The notes under the pieces: model-generated | Told to the model about the DNA's origin: nothing | What the model saw: the letters and a program-made list of their open reading frames with translations, nothing else | Databases searched by the model: none | IMG/VR virus record: IMGVR_UViG_3300049216_000035 | Location: 10,542-74,541 of that record | DNA length: 64,000 bases | Direction: 5' to 3' (one strand) | Source of the DNA: a virus | Part shown: positions 49,348 to 59,683 of the stretch, one piece after another | Layout of the letters: each line of letters starts with the position of its first letter | How positions within the stretch are numbered: the first letter of the stretch is position 1 | Translations under genes and position numbers: made by a program

Positions 49348-49846
49348 GCTTGATAGCCGAGATTAGGGACTTCGAAACCCCGAACTCTTGGGCGAGCCGC
49401 TTAACGACTCCATGAATCCCTACTGCGAGTTCCGCTTTGATGGTGGCGACCTGGGTTGGGTTCAGCTTCAGATAGGCAGGCGGGCGATTCTCGTACTCGA
49501 TGGCCTTCAGGGCTTTTGCGGTATAACGATCTGAAAGCCAAGGCATCAAGCGATGCAGGATGATCGGAACTTTCCAACCAGACACACGCCACGCATAACG
49601 GGGCTGTTTACCTAACCCGGATGCCGGAAGCGGGCCAGCGATTTCGTTACCGAACAGTTCTGAAAAGCGAACTAACGGATCGATGTCACATAGGGCAAAT
49701 GACAATCGAGGCCGCTGATGCTCGTCAACGAAACCTATAGAGCCGTCCGCGCAAAGCCAGCCGGCGAACCACGCCATAGTGGGTTCGTCTATTGCGTCGA
49801 TCCGCGCTTGGTATTCGGACACATCTTTTTGCCGTACAGGGGTCAT
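49319..49846 (-). CDS. Single-motif LAGLIDADG endonuclease with C-terminal HTH
   Basis: WFAGWLCADGSI; LAQEFGVSKSLISAIKRGRIW. Confidence 0.75.
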   Translation of the reverse strand: MTPVRQKDVSEYQARIDAIDEPTMAWFAGWLCADGSIGFVDEHQRPRLSFALCDIDPLVRFSELFGNEIAGPLPASGLGKQPRYAWRVSGWKVPIILHRLMPWLSDRYTAKALKAIEYENRPPAYLKLNPTQVATIKAELAVGIHGVVKRLAQEFGVSKSLISAIKRGRIWSEHA

Positions 49847-50002
49847 CTTATCTAGCCTTATTTGCTCTTAGGGTTGCCCAAACCGTAGCCCGTGAGGATC
49901 GAACCACGTTTCGTGCGTGAATTGGGGGTGCGCTATGTTGTGGAAGGTATCTAATCTAACACAAGATAAGGGCTAATAAGGCCCGGTAATGTTCAGCACT
50001 GT

Positions 50003-50069
50003 GTCTTCAAAACCGTAGAGGAGGGTCTCAAAAACCCTTTGGTGAGTTCGATTCTCACACTCTCCCGCC
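50003..50069 (+). tRNA. selC: 3' half of tRNA-Sec (anticodon TCA), probable attP core
   Basis: gtCTTCAAAacc anticodon loop, long variable arm, T arm GTGAG-TTCGATT-CTCAC, acceptor 3' strand ACTCTCCC-GCC; no matching 5' half. Confidence 0.75.
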
Positions 50070-50267
50070 TCAAAGTAGCCCAAATCGTTGCCCATCAGCT
50101 TTTACGGTCGGTCAGATCGCTTATCGCGCCGCATAAGCACTCCGCGAATAGGAAGCGAAAGTCCGCGTCGCGGTCGGCAAGCTGCGCCTTTAGCTCCGCG
50201 ATCTGCGGATAGAAGATCGAGACTGCGTAGTCGTAGCCTTTCCAGAATCCGGCCTTCTCGTCGTCGT

Positions 50268-50648
50268 TCATTTCGCGGCAGGCTCGTCCGTGGATTCGAA
50301 CACCGCGCAGATATACTTGATGGCTTCCTCGGCGGCGATTCCAGGTGCTATATAATGGTGCATGTATTCATGTATCGCCTCGCGCTGCGCGTCCGTCACC
50401 TTGCGGGGCTGTGCGATGACGCACTTAAACCAAACCCGTTCACCCGTACTCACGTCTAGCTTATGTTGGTAACCGAACCCACTTAAAACCGCTTCTAGCC
50501 GCGCAATCTCTGCGTCTTTCTCCGCAACGACTTCACGAACTATGGCGGCGGCTACGTCAAAGCCGTTAAGCCAATGTGGATTTTGTCGTGTGTACGGATT
50601 CACAAGACGCTCGCGTTCCTCGGCGAGTTTGGTTTCGAGGTCAGTCAC
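50268..50648 (-). CDS. Hypothetical protein
   Basis: Coupled ORF in the accessory operon. Confidence 0.55.
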   Translation of the reverse strand: MTDLETKLAEERERLVNPYTRQNPHWLNGFDVAAAIVREVVAEKDAEIARLEAVLSGFGYQHKLDVSTGERVWFKCVIAQPRKVTDAQREAIHEYMHHYIAPGIAAEEAIKYICAVFESTDEPAAK

Positions 50649-50869
50649 GTTGACTCTCCTTCTCGCGCGGCGATGTACGCGGTCGTTTTTGCGAACGCGG
50701 CCATATACTCACGACTCGGTTTCTTATCGCGTTCTTGCCCTGGTCGGTACGTGCGCCATATCTCGTCGCGCAGCGACTTCGGAAGCATAAACCAATGTCG
50801 CTTGCACGTATGCATTTTAGGGGGAACCGGAACGGCACAGTTGGGTGCATGACAATGGTGCGCGCTCAT
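50645..50869 (-). CDS. Small Cys/His zinc-binding phage protein
   Basis: HCHAPNC...CKRHW. Confidence 0.6.
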   Translation of the reverse strand: MSAHHCHAPNCAVPVPPKMHTCKRHWFMLPKSLRDEIWRTYRPGQERDKKPSREYMAAFAKTTAYIAAREGEST

Positions 50870-50912
50870 TCGTGACGCCCGCGAGCCTCGGCGAGCCGAA
50901 TATCGAGGTCAC

Positions 50913-51269
50913 TCATTTCGTCACCTGAGCGTACCAGGGACACCCGAGCGTCCCCGAACACCTGAGCGCTCCCGTACACCCGAGCAGTAGGTTCGATGTA
51001 GGCCGTGTCCGCAACCGTCGCGGTATCGGCAACCCAGCCTCCGCCGTTGGGGTGTTTGTGAGCGGGTACGGGCCCGTTACCGTCGCCAAAGTCAAACGTC
51101 GTGACAGCGGGCTTTTCGGGTTTCTCTGCGGGGGGGGTGCGTTCTCTGCGAGCATCTCACGCACGACGGCGCGAACGTGCGCGTCGATTGCTTCGGCCTC
51201 CCTCGGACGCAAGCCGTTGACGGTCATCCGTGAGTAGGTTTCTGCGCTTGTGAGCAACGAATTGTCCAT
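50913..51269 (-). pseudogene. Hexapeptide-repeat (left-handed beta helix) protein hidden by a frameshift at a C8 tract
   Basis: The alternate frame after 51130-51137 reads FDFGDGNGPVPAHKHPNGGGWVADTATVADTAYIEPTARVYGSAQVFGDARV. Confidence 0.7.
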
Positions 51270-51954
51270 TTAGAATGGGCGTCCTTTCAGGGTGTCTTTA
51301 ATAGCTTGAATGTAGTAGGCGACCTTACGAAAGAACTTACCAATCACGATGCTGCCCCCGGCATTAAATAGAGTACGAAAACCCAGACCCAGAGAAAGCA
51401 CGCGAGGATCGTCAGTGCAGCGTTGAGGTCAATCTCTTCATCGTCTTTCACGGGCATGTTGCCCCCTCGAACGAGTGCCGCCCACGGTGGCCTAAGTTAA
51501 ACGCGCACGGCATCGTCGTGCGACCCTTGACGCCAATCTCGACGTACTTAACTGGGCACTGGTCGTCCAGGTGCCCCTCAACATCAAACACCAACTGAGG
51601 ATTCAAGTTACGGATCGCGTCTAAAGTCCGCTTCAGTCTAGCTATCTCAGCTTCACATTCTGCGTGAACTGGCCCACCCATAGTGTACTCAGACATCGCG
51701 CAGCCACTTGATGACCTTGCGCGCGTCGCGGCTCACGCGGCGCTCGGCAAAACCGACTGTCTCAGAGGCGAACACGAGCGCGAACAGATCGGATGTGAAT
51801 CTATCCATTTGCGCGAGTGTGTAGTCGTGGCGCTCACCCGGTTCGCAGTAGCCCCAACAGTTGAAGTGATTAACCAACTTCTGAACCGCAAGAAGCCAGT
51901 CGTTCGAAGTCCACAATTTAGGGTCTAAGCACCAAGGGCGCTCGTAGAACTTCT

Positions 51955-52602
51955 TTACTTTCGGCATGCGAACTCCGCGTTCGATCCGGCGGAGCATGGC
52001 GGAGGGGTCGTACCCCCACCACCGAGATGCGTCACGCCGTAAATGATTCCACCGATAATGGGAATCGCGTAGATACCGCTAGGCTGGGTCGCCGGAGCGG
52101 GGATCGAGTCGGGGTAACTCGGCGCTTCGCTCACCACGACGGGTGCGGGCTCGACCTGCGCGAGCGTCGGAACGTATGGCACCGTTGCCACATCGACCCG
52201 TGTCACGTTTTGATGCAGAATAACGTGACGAACCGGGATTGAAACGTAGGTCGGCTCGACCACGCTTAAGTTGCCGCACGTCTGCGGAACGTACACCGTC
52301 TTGCCGTCATGCAGCCGCACACGCCAGCCGAGGACCGAAGAGGTCATCTGCGCGTTGCGGATCGCGTAAACGTGGCCGTGGTGGTTCCCCGCCATCGCAT
52401 CGACGTGCCGGGGCAGGCGAACGTAGGCCGCATCCCCATCGAGCAGACGCTTCCGAAACTCCGCATACTCTGCGGAGGTTAGCCCGACTTTCTCCGCAGC
52501 CTGTGCATAGACTGTGGATTGGGCTTTCGTATCGAGCCAGACTTCCTCAGCAGACTGCGGGCGAGTCTGGGCTAGGTGATCTGCGAAAAGATTAACGATC
52601 AT
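51955..52602 (-). CDS. Hypothetical protein with Pro-rich linker and C-terminal hydrophobic segment
   Basis: VPQTCGNL; AIPIIGGIIYGV; PPPCSAGSN. Confidence 0.6.
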   Translation of the reverse strand: MIVNLFADHLAQTRPQSAEEVWLDTKAQSTVYAQAAEKVGLTSAEYAEFRKRLLDGDAAYVRLPRHVDAMAGNHHGHVYAIRNAQMTSSVLGWRVRLHDGKTVYVPQTCGNLSVVEPTYVSIPVRHVILHQNVTRVDVATVPYVPTLAQVEPAPVVVSEAPSYPDSIPAPATQPSGIYAIPIIGGIIYGVTHLGGGGTTPPPCSAGSNAEFACRK

Positions 52603-52922
52603 TTACGGCCAAAGGCTCCCAGTGGTAAGTGTCCATGTAGATGTCATCAATACGGGCGTGAACGCCACGAATCGTCCATTTTGAACCGCACCTATCATAC
52701 GTCCCCACCGCTGTCTCCGACGAAAGCTGGACTGCTGGGTTATCGGGGTGGCATCCCGGAATGTCTTTCAGATAGACACTCGCGGTCGCATGACACGGCG
52801 GCGCTAATTGGAAAAGGTACCCTTTAGACTGCTTCATACGATTCGAGACTTTCTGAGGGAGAACATGAGGAGGCCACCGACGAGACTAATCGCCAACGCG
52901 ATACAGAGTGCGACATGCGCGG

Positions 52923-53678
52923 CTACGCCCATTTCTTGCGAAGAGCTTCCGCGAAGTCAGCAACGGCTTTCGTGCCAAGCGTATTGTTTTTCAGAACTGA
53001 TCCGTCAGTCGGGATCAGTGGATAGTCGAGCGGCGTCAGACCAAGAACATTACAGAACGCATCGTAGCGACCTACGACTCCGGCCCCGTAAGCGAAGCTC
53101 GTGGCTTCGACGGACCCTAGTTGTCCAGTGTTGTACGCCTGACTCCCAACAGTAAGTTGGCCGACGAACGGAGTATCGTCATCGCCCACCGAGACGGGTA
53201 TCGTCTGAGCGAACGCGAGGTTCGCCGCGAGAACGCTCGTGACTTTGATGATAGAGAGATTGATCTGGCCGAGGTACTCGGGCTGACCATTGATCTGTCC
53301 CAGACCATAGTCGGTGCGCTTCGCGATCACGTCCGGCGGATCGTTCGCACTCCCGTTCTGGTTGTTGGGGTTCTTAGCGAACGGATCGAAGCAAGACTCA
53401 CCCGCAATCACGGCTGCGATGTACGGGTAGTGAACGGTGAACTTCTTACCGCCGACGATCTGGGTCGTGTTGCCTTCGCGGAGGATGAATCCCGTGATAA
53501 GGTGTGCGGTCGCGAGGTCGATCTTCGAGAGCGTACCGCCAGTCTTATCGGAATGGAAATCGCGCGTCGTGTGCATGATGATGTCCACAAGCGAGCTACC
53601 CTCGGGAGGTAGTTCCATGTTCTCGATAGTCTGTCCGGCTATCTGCGCGATCTGCTTGATTTCAGCTAAGAAGTCCAT
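52923..53678 (-). CDS. Lytic transglycosylase (SLT-like)
   Basis: IAGESCFDPFAKNPN, DYGLGQIN, AYNTG. Confidence 0.75.
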   Translation of the reverse strand: MDFLAEIKQIAQIAGQTIENMELPPEGSSLVDIIMHTTRDFHSDKTGGTLSKIDLATAHLITGFILREGNTTQIVGGKKFTVHYPYIAAVIAGESCFDPFAKNPNNQNGSANDPPDVIAKRTDYGLGQINGQPEYLGQINLSIIKVTSVLAANLAFAQTIPVSVGDDDTPFVGQLTVGSQAYNTGQLGSVEATSFAYGAGVVGRYDAFCNVLGLTPLDYPLIPTDGSVLKNNTLGTKAVADFAEALRKKWA

Positions 53679-54020
53679 CTATGCCTCGTAGATCGTTTCA
53701 AATGCGGTCACGCGTTCAACCTTGATGAGATTGCTTGCCCGCGCCTTTTCTGGGGTGAGTTTGTAATAGAAAGAAGCGTTGGTCGTGGTGCCGCCTTCAT
53801 ACGTCAAACGATCATCCTTATGAACTTCAAAGGGCTGAGGGATGAGTTCGAGGGCGTCGGGATGGGTTACCGTCCTCAAGGAACGCCGGGGTGAACGGGA
53901 ACCGAACGTAAGTCTCCGAAGCCACGATGGACACGCACACTGTACCTTCGATGTCAGTACCCTTGAGGCGAACCCTATCGCCCCTCTTAAACTTCTTCTT
54001 GAAGAGAGTCGCTTCTTTAC

Positions 54021-54413
54021 TCATAGGTGTTCTTCAATCCAATCAGCGATGTCGTCAAACGAATAGTCGTAGTCATCGTTCAGCGTTATCAGGTGGCCGA
54101 AAGCTTCTGATGTGATCGTGCCCAACTGCTTACGGAACTCGTATGGGACGGTGTGGTACTCGCCGTACTCGTCGTCGTATTCGTCCTTCCCAATCAAGAG
54201 CATCCAGTCACCGCCAGTATCCGCTTCAATGTCAGAGCGAACCCAGTAGGTATCGAGCACCACATCGGCGAGTACGCCAAGGCAACACATCGCACCATTA
54301 CCTGTGCAAAGGACGCTTTGAGCCTGCTTATACTCGCCGCCGCGCAGGGCTTTAAGCCATGCCTTCTTAACGCCGGGCTTGAGTTTTCCGTAAAGGGTGG
54401 CGTCTTCACTCAT
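54021..54413 (-). CDS. Phage hypothetical protein
   Basis: WLKALRGGEYKQ, CCLGVL, LNDD..SFDDIADWIE pattern common in phages (from recall). Confidence 0.7.
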   Translation of the reverse strand: MSEDATLYGKLKPGVKKAWLKALRGGEYKQAQSVLCTGNGAMCCLGVLADVVLDTYWVRSDIEADTGGDWMLLIGKDEYDDEYGEYHTVPYEFRKQLGTITSEAFGHLITLNDDYDYSFDDIADWIEEHL

Positions 54414-54717
54414 TAGCGTACTTATCGCAGTTCAGACGCTCTGCCCACGCTATCGCGCATGCTGCGACTTGAATCAATTCTTTGTAGAGTTCACTGGCGT
54501 CCATCGCCTCGTTAATCGCGTGGCCGACTTCGCCGACTTCCTCGATCAGTACCGAGAGTTTGTTCTTGAAGAAGAACATCTCGTTTCGACCGTGCTTGGC
54601 TTTCTGAAACGCAAGCTCGGCTTTCAAAGCTAGTATAGCTTCTTCGCGCGCGAGGTTACGTCGGCCGGGTGAGTAGGCTTCACCGTCTACGGTGGTGGTC
54701 TGTCCGCTCGTTACCAT
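54406..54717 (-). CDS. MazG-like NTP pyrophosphohydrolase
   Basis: LIEEVGEV...ELIQVAA. Confidence 0.7.
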   Translation of the reverse strand: MVTSGQTTTVDGEAYSPGRRNLAREEAILALKAELAFQKAKHGRNEMFFFKNKLSVLIEEVGEVGHAINEAMDASELYKELIQVAACAIAWAERLNCDKYANE

Positions 54718-54894
54718 GAGTCTGCCTCTGGGTCTTTGTAGTGAGGGTCGGCGTAAGGTCCGAGGAGTTCTCGGAAGTTCCCCGCGACGATGGCCGCGAG
54801 CCCTTTCTCGAATGAATCGGCCGCGCGAGCTTCGATCTTGTTGCAGTGTGCGTTAATCGCGTCGATCACTGCGGACATCGTGGCTGGATCGCGA

Positions 54895-55593
54895 TCAGGC
54901 ACTCTGTTCGCTCGTGCGGTTCGCCTTGTACTCTTTCGCGAGCGTCGTGTAGGCCGCGAGGTAGTTCAGCAGATCGTCGTAGGTGTCGTCCTTCCACGAT
55001 CCAAGCATGCGGCTCACTTTTACATCGCAGAGCGACGCGAGCATGAGGAGACGCTTCGCTTCCTTCGAGATGTCACCGAGCGCGTAGAGGTCTTCGGTAG
55101 CGTCGATCAGCCGAAGCGTCGCATCGAGGAAGTGTGCGGACTGGTTCTCCGTTGCCCACGAGTCTTGGTACTCGCCGCCACGCTGATTGGAAATCGCCTG
55201 GGATGCCGCGAACGCCTGATCGACCGCCCGATTGAACGTGTGCTTCGCAACGGGTTCGTCCGTCTCTTCGATGGGTTCGCGATCCGGGCGGCCATCAAGG
55301 GCATCAATCAATCGGTCGATATTCCGCAACGTCGTTAAAAGCTCGGAGGCATTTACCTTCACGTCAACCGTAATCGAATTATCGATCAGCGTAAGATTCT
55401 CGGATTTGACCCACCACGGCTCCCCGTGGTCGTTGTCTACTTGGACTCGGAAAGTCAATTCATCATCATCTTCGGCCACCTCGGTGACTGTACCATCGAA
55501 GGTATACTCCGGGGCGAAGTAGTAGGTGCCCTTGCCGTCATAGTGAACGCGATCCCCGACCCTGAACGTCTTGGGTTTATTAGAAGTATCCAT
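54895..55593 (-). CDS. SH3/KOW-like domain plus DUF6378/Nmad-like helical domain
   Basis: FRVGDRV N-terminus; QRGGEY...KVSR...DTYDDLLNY. Confidence 0.55.
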   Translation of the reverse strand: MDTSNKPKTFRVGDRVHYDGKGTYYFAPEYTFDGTVTEVAEDDDELTFRVQVDNDHGEPWWVKSENLTLIDNSITVDVKVNASELLTTLRNIDRLIDALDGRPDREPIEETDEPVAKHTFNRAVDQAFAASQAISNQRGGEYQDSWATENQSAHFLDATLRLIDATEDLYALGDISKEAKRLLMLASLCDVKVSRMLGSWKDDTYDDLLNYLAAYTTLAKEYKANRTSEQSA

Positions 55594-55608
55594 CGTACTT
55601 ATCCTAAC

Positions 55609-56271
55609 TCAGTCTTGTTTGCTAGAGATGCTTAAAGCGGAATATGTGATAGGGAAGACTTCGGCAAAGATAGACTCGACTTCGGTAGCGACCTGTCGAT
55701 GTTCAAACTGGGTGGCTTCGTCTAAGCGAGTCTTGAGATAGAACATCCACGAGCGGGCGTTGCCAGTCATGTAGAGTCTCGTCTGAGTGTTCATCGGGAG
55801 AATGAAGCGAGCCGACTCTTTGGCGATCCCCGCCTCGATCATCTCGTTGTAGAGTTTTTCAGTCTCAATCCAGAGTGTGCGAATCGACTCTTCAAACTCG
55901 TCTACTTCGCCAAGCTGACTGCGCGTCGGGTGGAGCGATGACTGCCTGTTCTTGTTGTCTTGATACCGGAGATGAACTGGCTCGAACGCTTGCGCCTTCG
56001 CGTACCGCTGCGAGAACTCTTGAAACGTGAAGCTGCGGTGACGGATGATCTGGGCTGCGATAGCGCGGCTCGTCTCTATCTGCACCGTCATCGACGCGGT
56101 TTCCCAGATCGACCAGTGGCCCTTCCGCATGCAGTACCGTAGCAGGCCCGCGTCGTCGGACAGTTGGTTTTCAGGATTAGAGGCGCGGGCGGCTCGCATG
56201 ATGACCTGCTCGGCCGTCGCACCCGCCCATTCGCCTTCGCCGCGCGTGACGGCTACGAGTTTGACCTTCAA
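55609..56271 (-). CDS. thyX: Flavin-dependent thymidylate synthase
   Basis: HWSIWE, RHRSFTFQEFSQRY, ESARFILP. Confidence 0.95.
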   Translation of the reverse strand: MKVKLVAVTRGEGEWAGATAEQVIMRAARASNPENQLSDDAGLLRYCMRKGHWSIWETASMTVQIETSRAIAAQIIRHRSFTFQEFSQRYAKAQAFEPVHLRYQDNKNRQSSLHPTRSQLGEVDEFEESIRTLWIETEKLYNEMIEAGIAKESARFILPMNTQTRLYMTGNARSWMFYLKTRLDEATQFEHRQVATEVESIFAEVFPITYSALSISSKQD

Positions 56272-56548
56272 TTTACCACCTGCACGACGCCCTTGCCGCC
56301 ACAACGATGACAAAGGCGGGCAAAATAACTCTGATCGTACCTGTACCCTGCGCCATGGCAAAGGCCACATAGTACCGACTGACCTAACTCGACCGCCATC
56401 TAGTGGCGGTGCCCCAGGCGTGGGCCATTTATCTCTCGGAAAAACATGTTGACGATGAAGGTCAAAACAGCTCCGACCACTGCGGAGATGACGTAATACG
56501 CGACGACGAAATGGACTAGGGTCACGAGCGCGTTAGATAAAGAAGCGG

Positions 56549-57667
56549 TCACTTGGACATCCGTTGTGCGAACTTCTCGGCCGCGTCGGCCTGCTGAAGT
56601 ATCGTAACGTGAGAGTAGAGATTCGCCGTCATCGTGATCGTGCTGTGCCCGAGACGATCCTTGATCGCGTTCAGGCTCACCCCCGCCTCGGCGAGCAGCG
56701 TCGCATGCGTATGGCGTAGATCGTGGAAGCGGATCGACGGCAGACCCGCACGTTTGAGAATTGCTTTGAACGCCTGGAACATCGAGTCGGGGTTGTAGAG
56801 GTCGCCTATCTCGTTCGCGAAGATGAAGTCTTTGTCGCGATAGTGAGGCCCCGCCTTGAGACGATCCGCGTTCTGTTTGGCTTTGCGTTCCTTGAGGGCC
56901 GCGATGACCACGCCGTCCACGATCACCGTGCGCCGGGACGTTTCGTTCTTCGGGGCCTTGACGACGTAGGCGGGCTTCTTGCCCTTTTCGTTCGGTTCGA
57001 GCGACTGGTTCACCGTGATCGCGTGGTCTTTGATGTCGGACCAACGCAGCGCCATGATTTCGCTGCGCCGAAAGCCTCCATATACAGCGAGGAGGATCGC
57101 GCTGTACCACGGGGACGACTTCGCCTCGGCCAGCAGCCGATGAATCTCCTCGGGGGTGAGTGTGACCAGTTGCTTGCGCGGGATGCGCGGGGGCTTGACC
57201 GATTCCGCGACGTTGCGGACCAAGAGCGGGGGTTCGTGCCGAATCGCGTCCTGGAGTGCTTTGTAGAGGACGCGGTGACGGTGGAGGATCGATTGGGGTG
57301 CCAGCGTCTCGCCCCACTTCGCGTATGCCGTCCGTAGATCGGTAGACGATAGCTGCGAGAGCCGCTTCTGGCCGAACGCCGGGATCAGATAGTCGTTGAC
57401 GATGGCCTCGTAGCCTGTGAAGGTGCGTCGTGCGACGGAGCCCTTGATACCTTCGAGCCATTTCGGTAGGTACTCGGAGAGACGTGGCCCCGCCGGATCG
57501 ACGTACACCTGACGGTCGATGTCGGCTTGAAGCTGCGCGAGCTTACGTTTTGCTTGCGCTTCCGTTCCGATGAACGTGGAGGTCCGGCGCTTCTGGCGGA
57601 CGCCATCAATACGTCGGGGTTCGACCGTAAGTTGCCACTTGTTGGGACCTTTGGCGACGAGTCTCAT
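56549..57667 (-). CDS. int: Tyrosine integrase
   Basis: R (GFRRSE), K (PKN), HDLRH, RLGH, LYSH. Confidence 0.96.
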   Translation of the reverse strand: MRLVAKGPNKWQLTVEPRRIDGVRQKRRTSTFIGTEAQAKRKLAQLQADIDRQVYVDPAGPRLSEYLPKWLEGIKGSVARRTFTGYEAIVNDYLIPAFGQKRLSQLSSTDLRTAYAKWGETLAPQSILHRHRVLYKALQDAIRHEPPLLVRNVAESVKPPRIPRKQLVTLTPEEIHRLLAEAKSSPWYSAILLAVYGGFRRSEIMALRWSDIKDHAITVNQSLEPNEKGKKPAYVVKAPKNETSRRTVIVDGVVIAALKERKAKQNADRLKAGPHYRDKDFIFANEIGDLYNPDSMFQAFKAILKRAGLPSIRFHDLRHTHATLLAEAGVSLNAIKDRLGHSTITMTANLYSHVTILQQADAAEKFAQRMSK

Positions 57668-57670
57668 AGT

Positions 57671-57901
57671 CTAGCCTTCAAGTCTAGGTTGGGTGTAGGA
57701 GTCAACATGCGCTTTGAGTACGTCGCGCGAAACGAGAATCTTCCTACCCACGCGGATCGAAGGGACAGTGTGATCTACGGAAATGAGTTTGTACGCTGTA
57801 GATACACCGACTCGAAGCAAGACTGCCGCCTCGGATGGCGTTAGCAGGTCGGGGGCCGTCTCCCAGGACAAGCCCCCGATCTTCGCTAGTTTCGCATCCA
57901 C
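57671..57901 (-). CDS. xis: Excisionase-like HTH protein
   Basis: LLTPSEAAVLLRVGVSTAYKLI..PSIRVGRKILV; immediately upstream of int. Confidence 0.8.
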   Translation of the reverse strand: MDAKLAKIGGLSWETAPDLLTPSEAAVLLRVGVSTAYKLISVDHTVPSIRVGRKILVSRDVLKAHVDSYTQPRLEG

Positions 57902-57902
57902 A

Positions 57903-58148
57903 CTAGGGTAGGATAACTCCGCCAGCTTGCTTCACAACCTGGGCTCCCGTCGCTTGTGCGAGCAGGCCCATCGTCTGATTCTGCATCATGTTGTTCACGA
58001 TCAGCATCTCGCGGATGTCAAGCAGCAGTCGCAGCACGGAGTGGAAGAAGAAGATCGTCATCGTTGCCTTCTTGTTGGCAAACGCCTGATCGATCATCGC
58101 ATCCCACTGCTCGCGAGGACCAGTGAGTTTCCCGACGCTGTTAGGCAC
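57903..58148 (-). CDS. Hypothetical protein
   Basis: Coupled ORF. Confidence 0.5.
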   Translation of the reverse strand: MPNSVGKLTGPREQWDAMIDQAFANKKATMTIFFFHSVLRLLLDIREMLIVNNMMQNQTMGLLAQATGAQVVKQAGGVILP

Positions 58149-58584
58149 GGACGTAGCCAGTCGTGTCTGCTGCCGCCTTCGAGCAGTCCGGGCACGTCGT
58201 GGCGTGTTCCGTATCGGCTTCTTGGAGAGCGGCGAACAGCGTCGAGCCTGCGAGCGACAACAGCGACGAGAACACGTCGATGACTGTGTAGTCCGTATCC
58301 TTGAGAACGCCGTTAATCACGTCGTTCAGTTTCAGCGCGAGTTCCTGCGAACGCTCCGCGTTGTCGTAGGTGCCGAGAGTGGCGCGAACCATCGCCATAA
58401 TGACGTTCGAGAAACGCTCCGCGCTAAACCCGGTCTGCGATTGACGTGCCTGATCCACGACGAAGCGACGGAAGTCATCTTCGGTCGCACCTGCGTTGAA
58501 CTTGAGGAAGTTCATTCGGGCGGCTTCAATGGCTTCCGAACCGACTTCGGATTCGACTTCTTCGAAAGAGGAAACGAGGTTCAT
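58141..58584 (-). CDS. Hypothetical protein
   Basis: Likely start MNLVSS after AAGCTAGGA. Confidence 0.55.
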   Translation of the reverse strand: MNLVSSFEEVESEVGSEAIEAARMNFLKFNAGATEDDFRRFVVDQARQSQTGFSAERFSNVIMAMVRATLGTYDNAERSQELALKLNDVINGVLKDTDYTVIDVFSSLLSLAGSTLFAALQEADTEHATTCPDCSKAAADTTGYVRA

Positions 58585-59458
58585 ATTTGTTCCTAGCTTA
58601 TTAGTGTACGCGGGCATCGGTGAGGCCCGATGCCCAGCGCAGTAGTTTAGTTCTAGCCTTTTTCCGCGGTGAGGTCTGATTGGAGCATCTGACCTACGCG
58701 AGCCGAATTGCTTTCGTAGGGCGCTCTTTGGTGATATTCGGTACGCCAGCTTCTTGTAAGTAGGTGATGGCTGGCGCACTCGCGGAGCCGCTACTTTCCT
58801 GAAAAAGTGAGCGCCGTTTCGTTTTTCCGTAGGAACTACGGAAGAGGTAATCGTTGAACGACGCCTTCTTATCGGCCACGAGCGCGCCGTTTCTTACGAA
58901 GGGCCAAAGCCGCTCCGTCGATGCCGTCGAGCCAGGTAAGGAAGCCGGAGGAATCCATGTTCCCGTTACGGTTGACACGTTGACGGAGGGCGAGAACTTT
59001 TGCGCTTGGCTTTACTGCAGGCATGCGAGCCCTCCAAGAAGGCGATCCACATGCGAGGCGACCCGAGCGCTATCGTGTAAACGACGAGCAGCCTCAAGGG
59101 CGCACCGAGAACAAACTGCGTCGGGGTTGCAGCCGAAACTAATGCCCCGCTCTATTGAGGTCGAACATCCGACACATACTGTGTCGTACTGGAGAGTCAT
59201 CTCTTGCATTGTCTAGCTCTTTCTCAGCAGGGTGGGATGAGGTGCCAACCTGCTGTTTCTTATCTTCTCTTACCGTGTCTAAAGTCCTGCTAAGAAAAGA
59301 TGTGAGTCTGCTTACACTGGCACTAAAGTTCCGCAACCTTTGTCGTAAGACTTCGGTCCCGTGGTTCAGACTAACATCGCAAGAGAGACTTTACCTATAC
59401 CCTGAAACTTAGTGTGATAAGACCCCGCCCTCATGGGGTCGCAAACGAAAGGCTAGAC

Positions 59459-59683
59459 ATGAAGCGGGAACCATTCGCTTGCGTTCGCGAGAACGGACAG
59501 CCGAAGAAGAACTACAAAACAAGAGAGATCGCGGAGAGAGACGCAAAGCTACTAGAGCGTCGAGTCCTCTACGCGATCAGTGTCTACCCGTGCAAGAACG
59601 GCCACGGCTTCCACATCGGCCACCACCCGTACCGACTCAGTGAGAGAGTACGGACCTGCTCCCCCGTCTTTAAGACTGGGTAA
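59459..59683 (+). CDS. Small Cys/His phage protein
   Basis: C..KKNY...VYPC..GHGFHIGH; AAGGCTAGA upstream. Confidence 0.6.
   Translation: MKREPFACVRENGQPKKNYKTREIAERDAKLLERRVLYAISVYPCKNGHGFHIGHHPYRLSERVRTCSPVFKTG

Noticed and set aside
49884-49916. T-loop-like GGTTCGATCC on the minus strand as a second tRNA or the missing tmRNA acceptor piece
   Set aside because: The stem is imperfect; there is no acceptor stem, G:U pair or CCA.
49940-50069. Complete phage tRNA-Sec / opal suppressor implying TGA recoding
   Set aside because: The 5' half does not fold, and core genes are intact under the standard code with TGA used as stop (e.g. polA).
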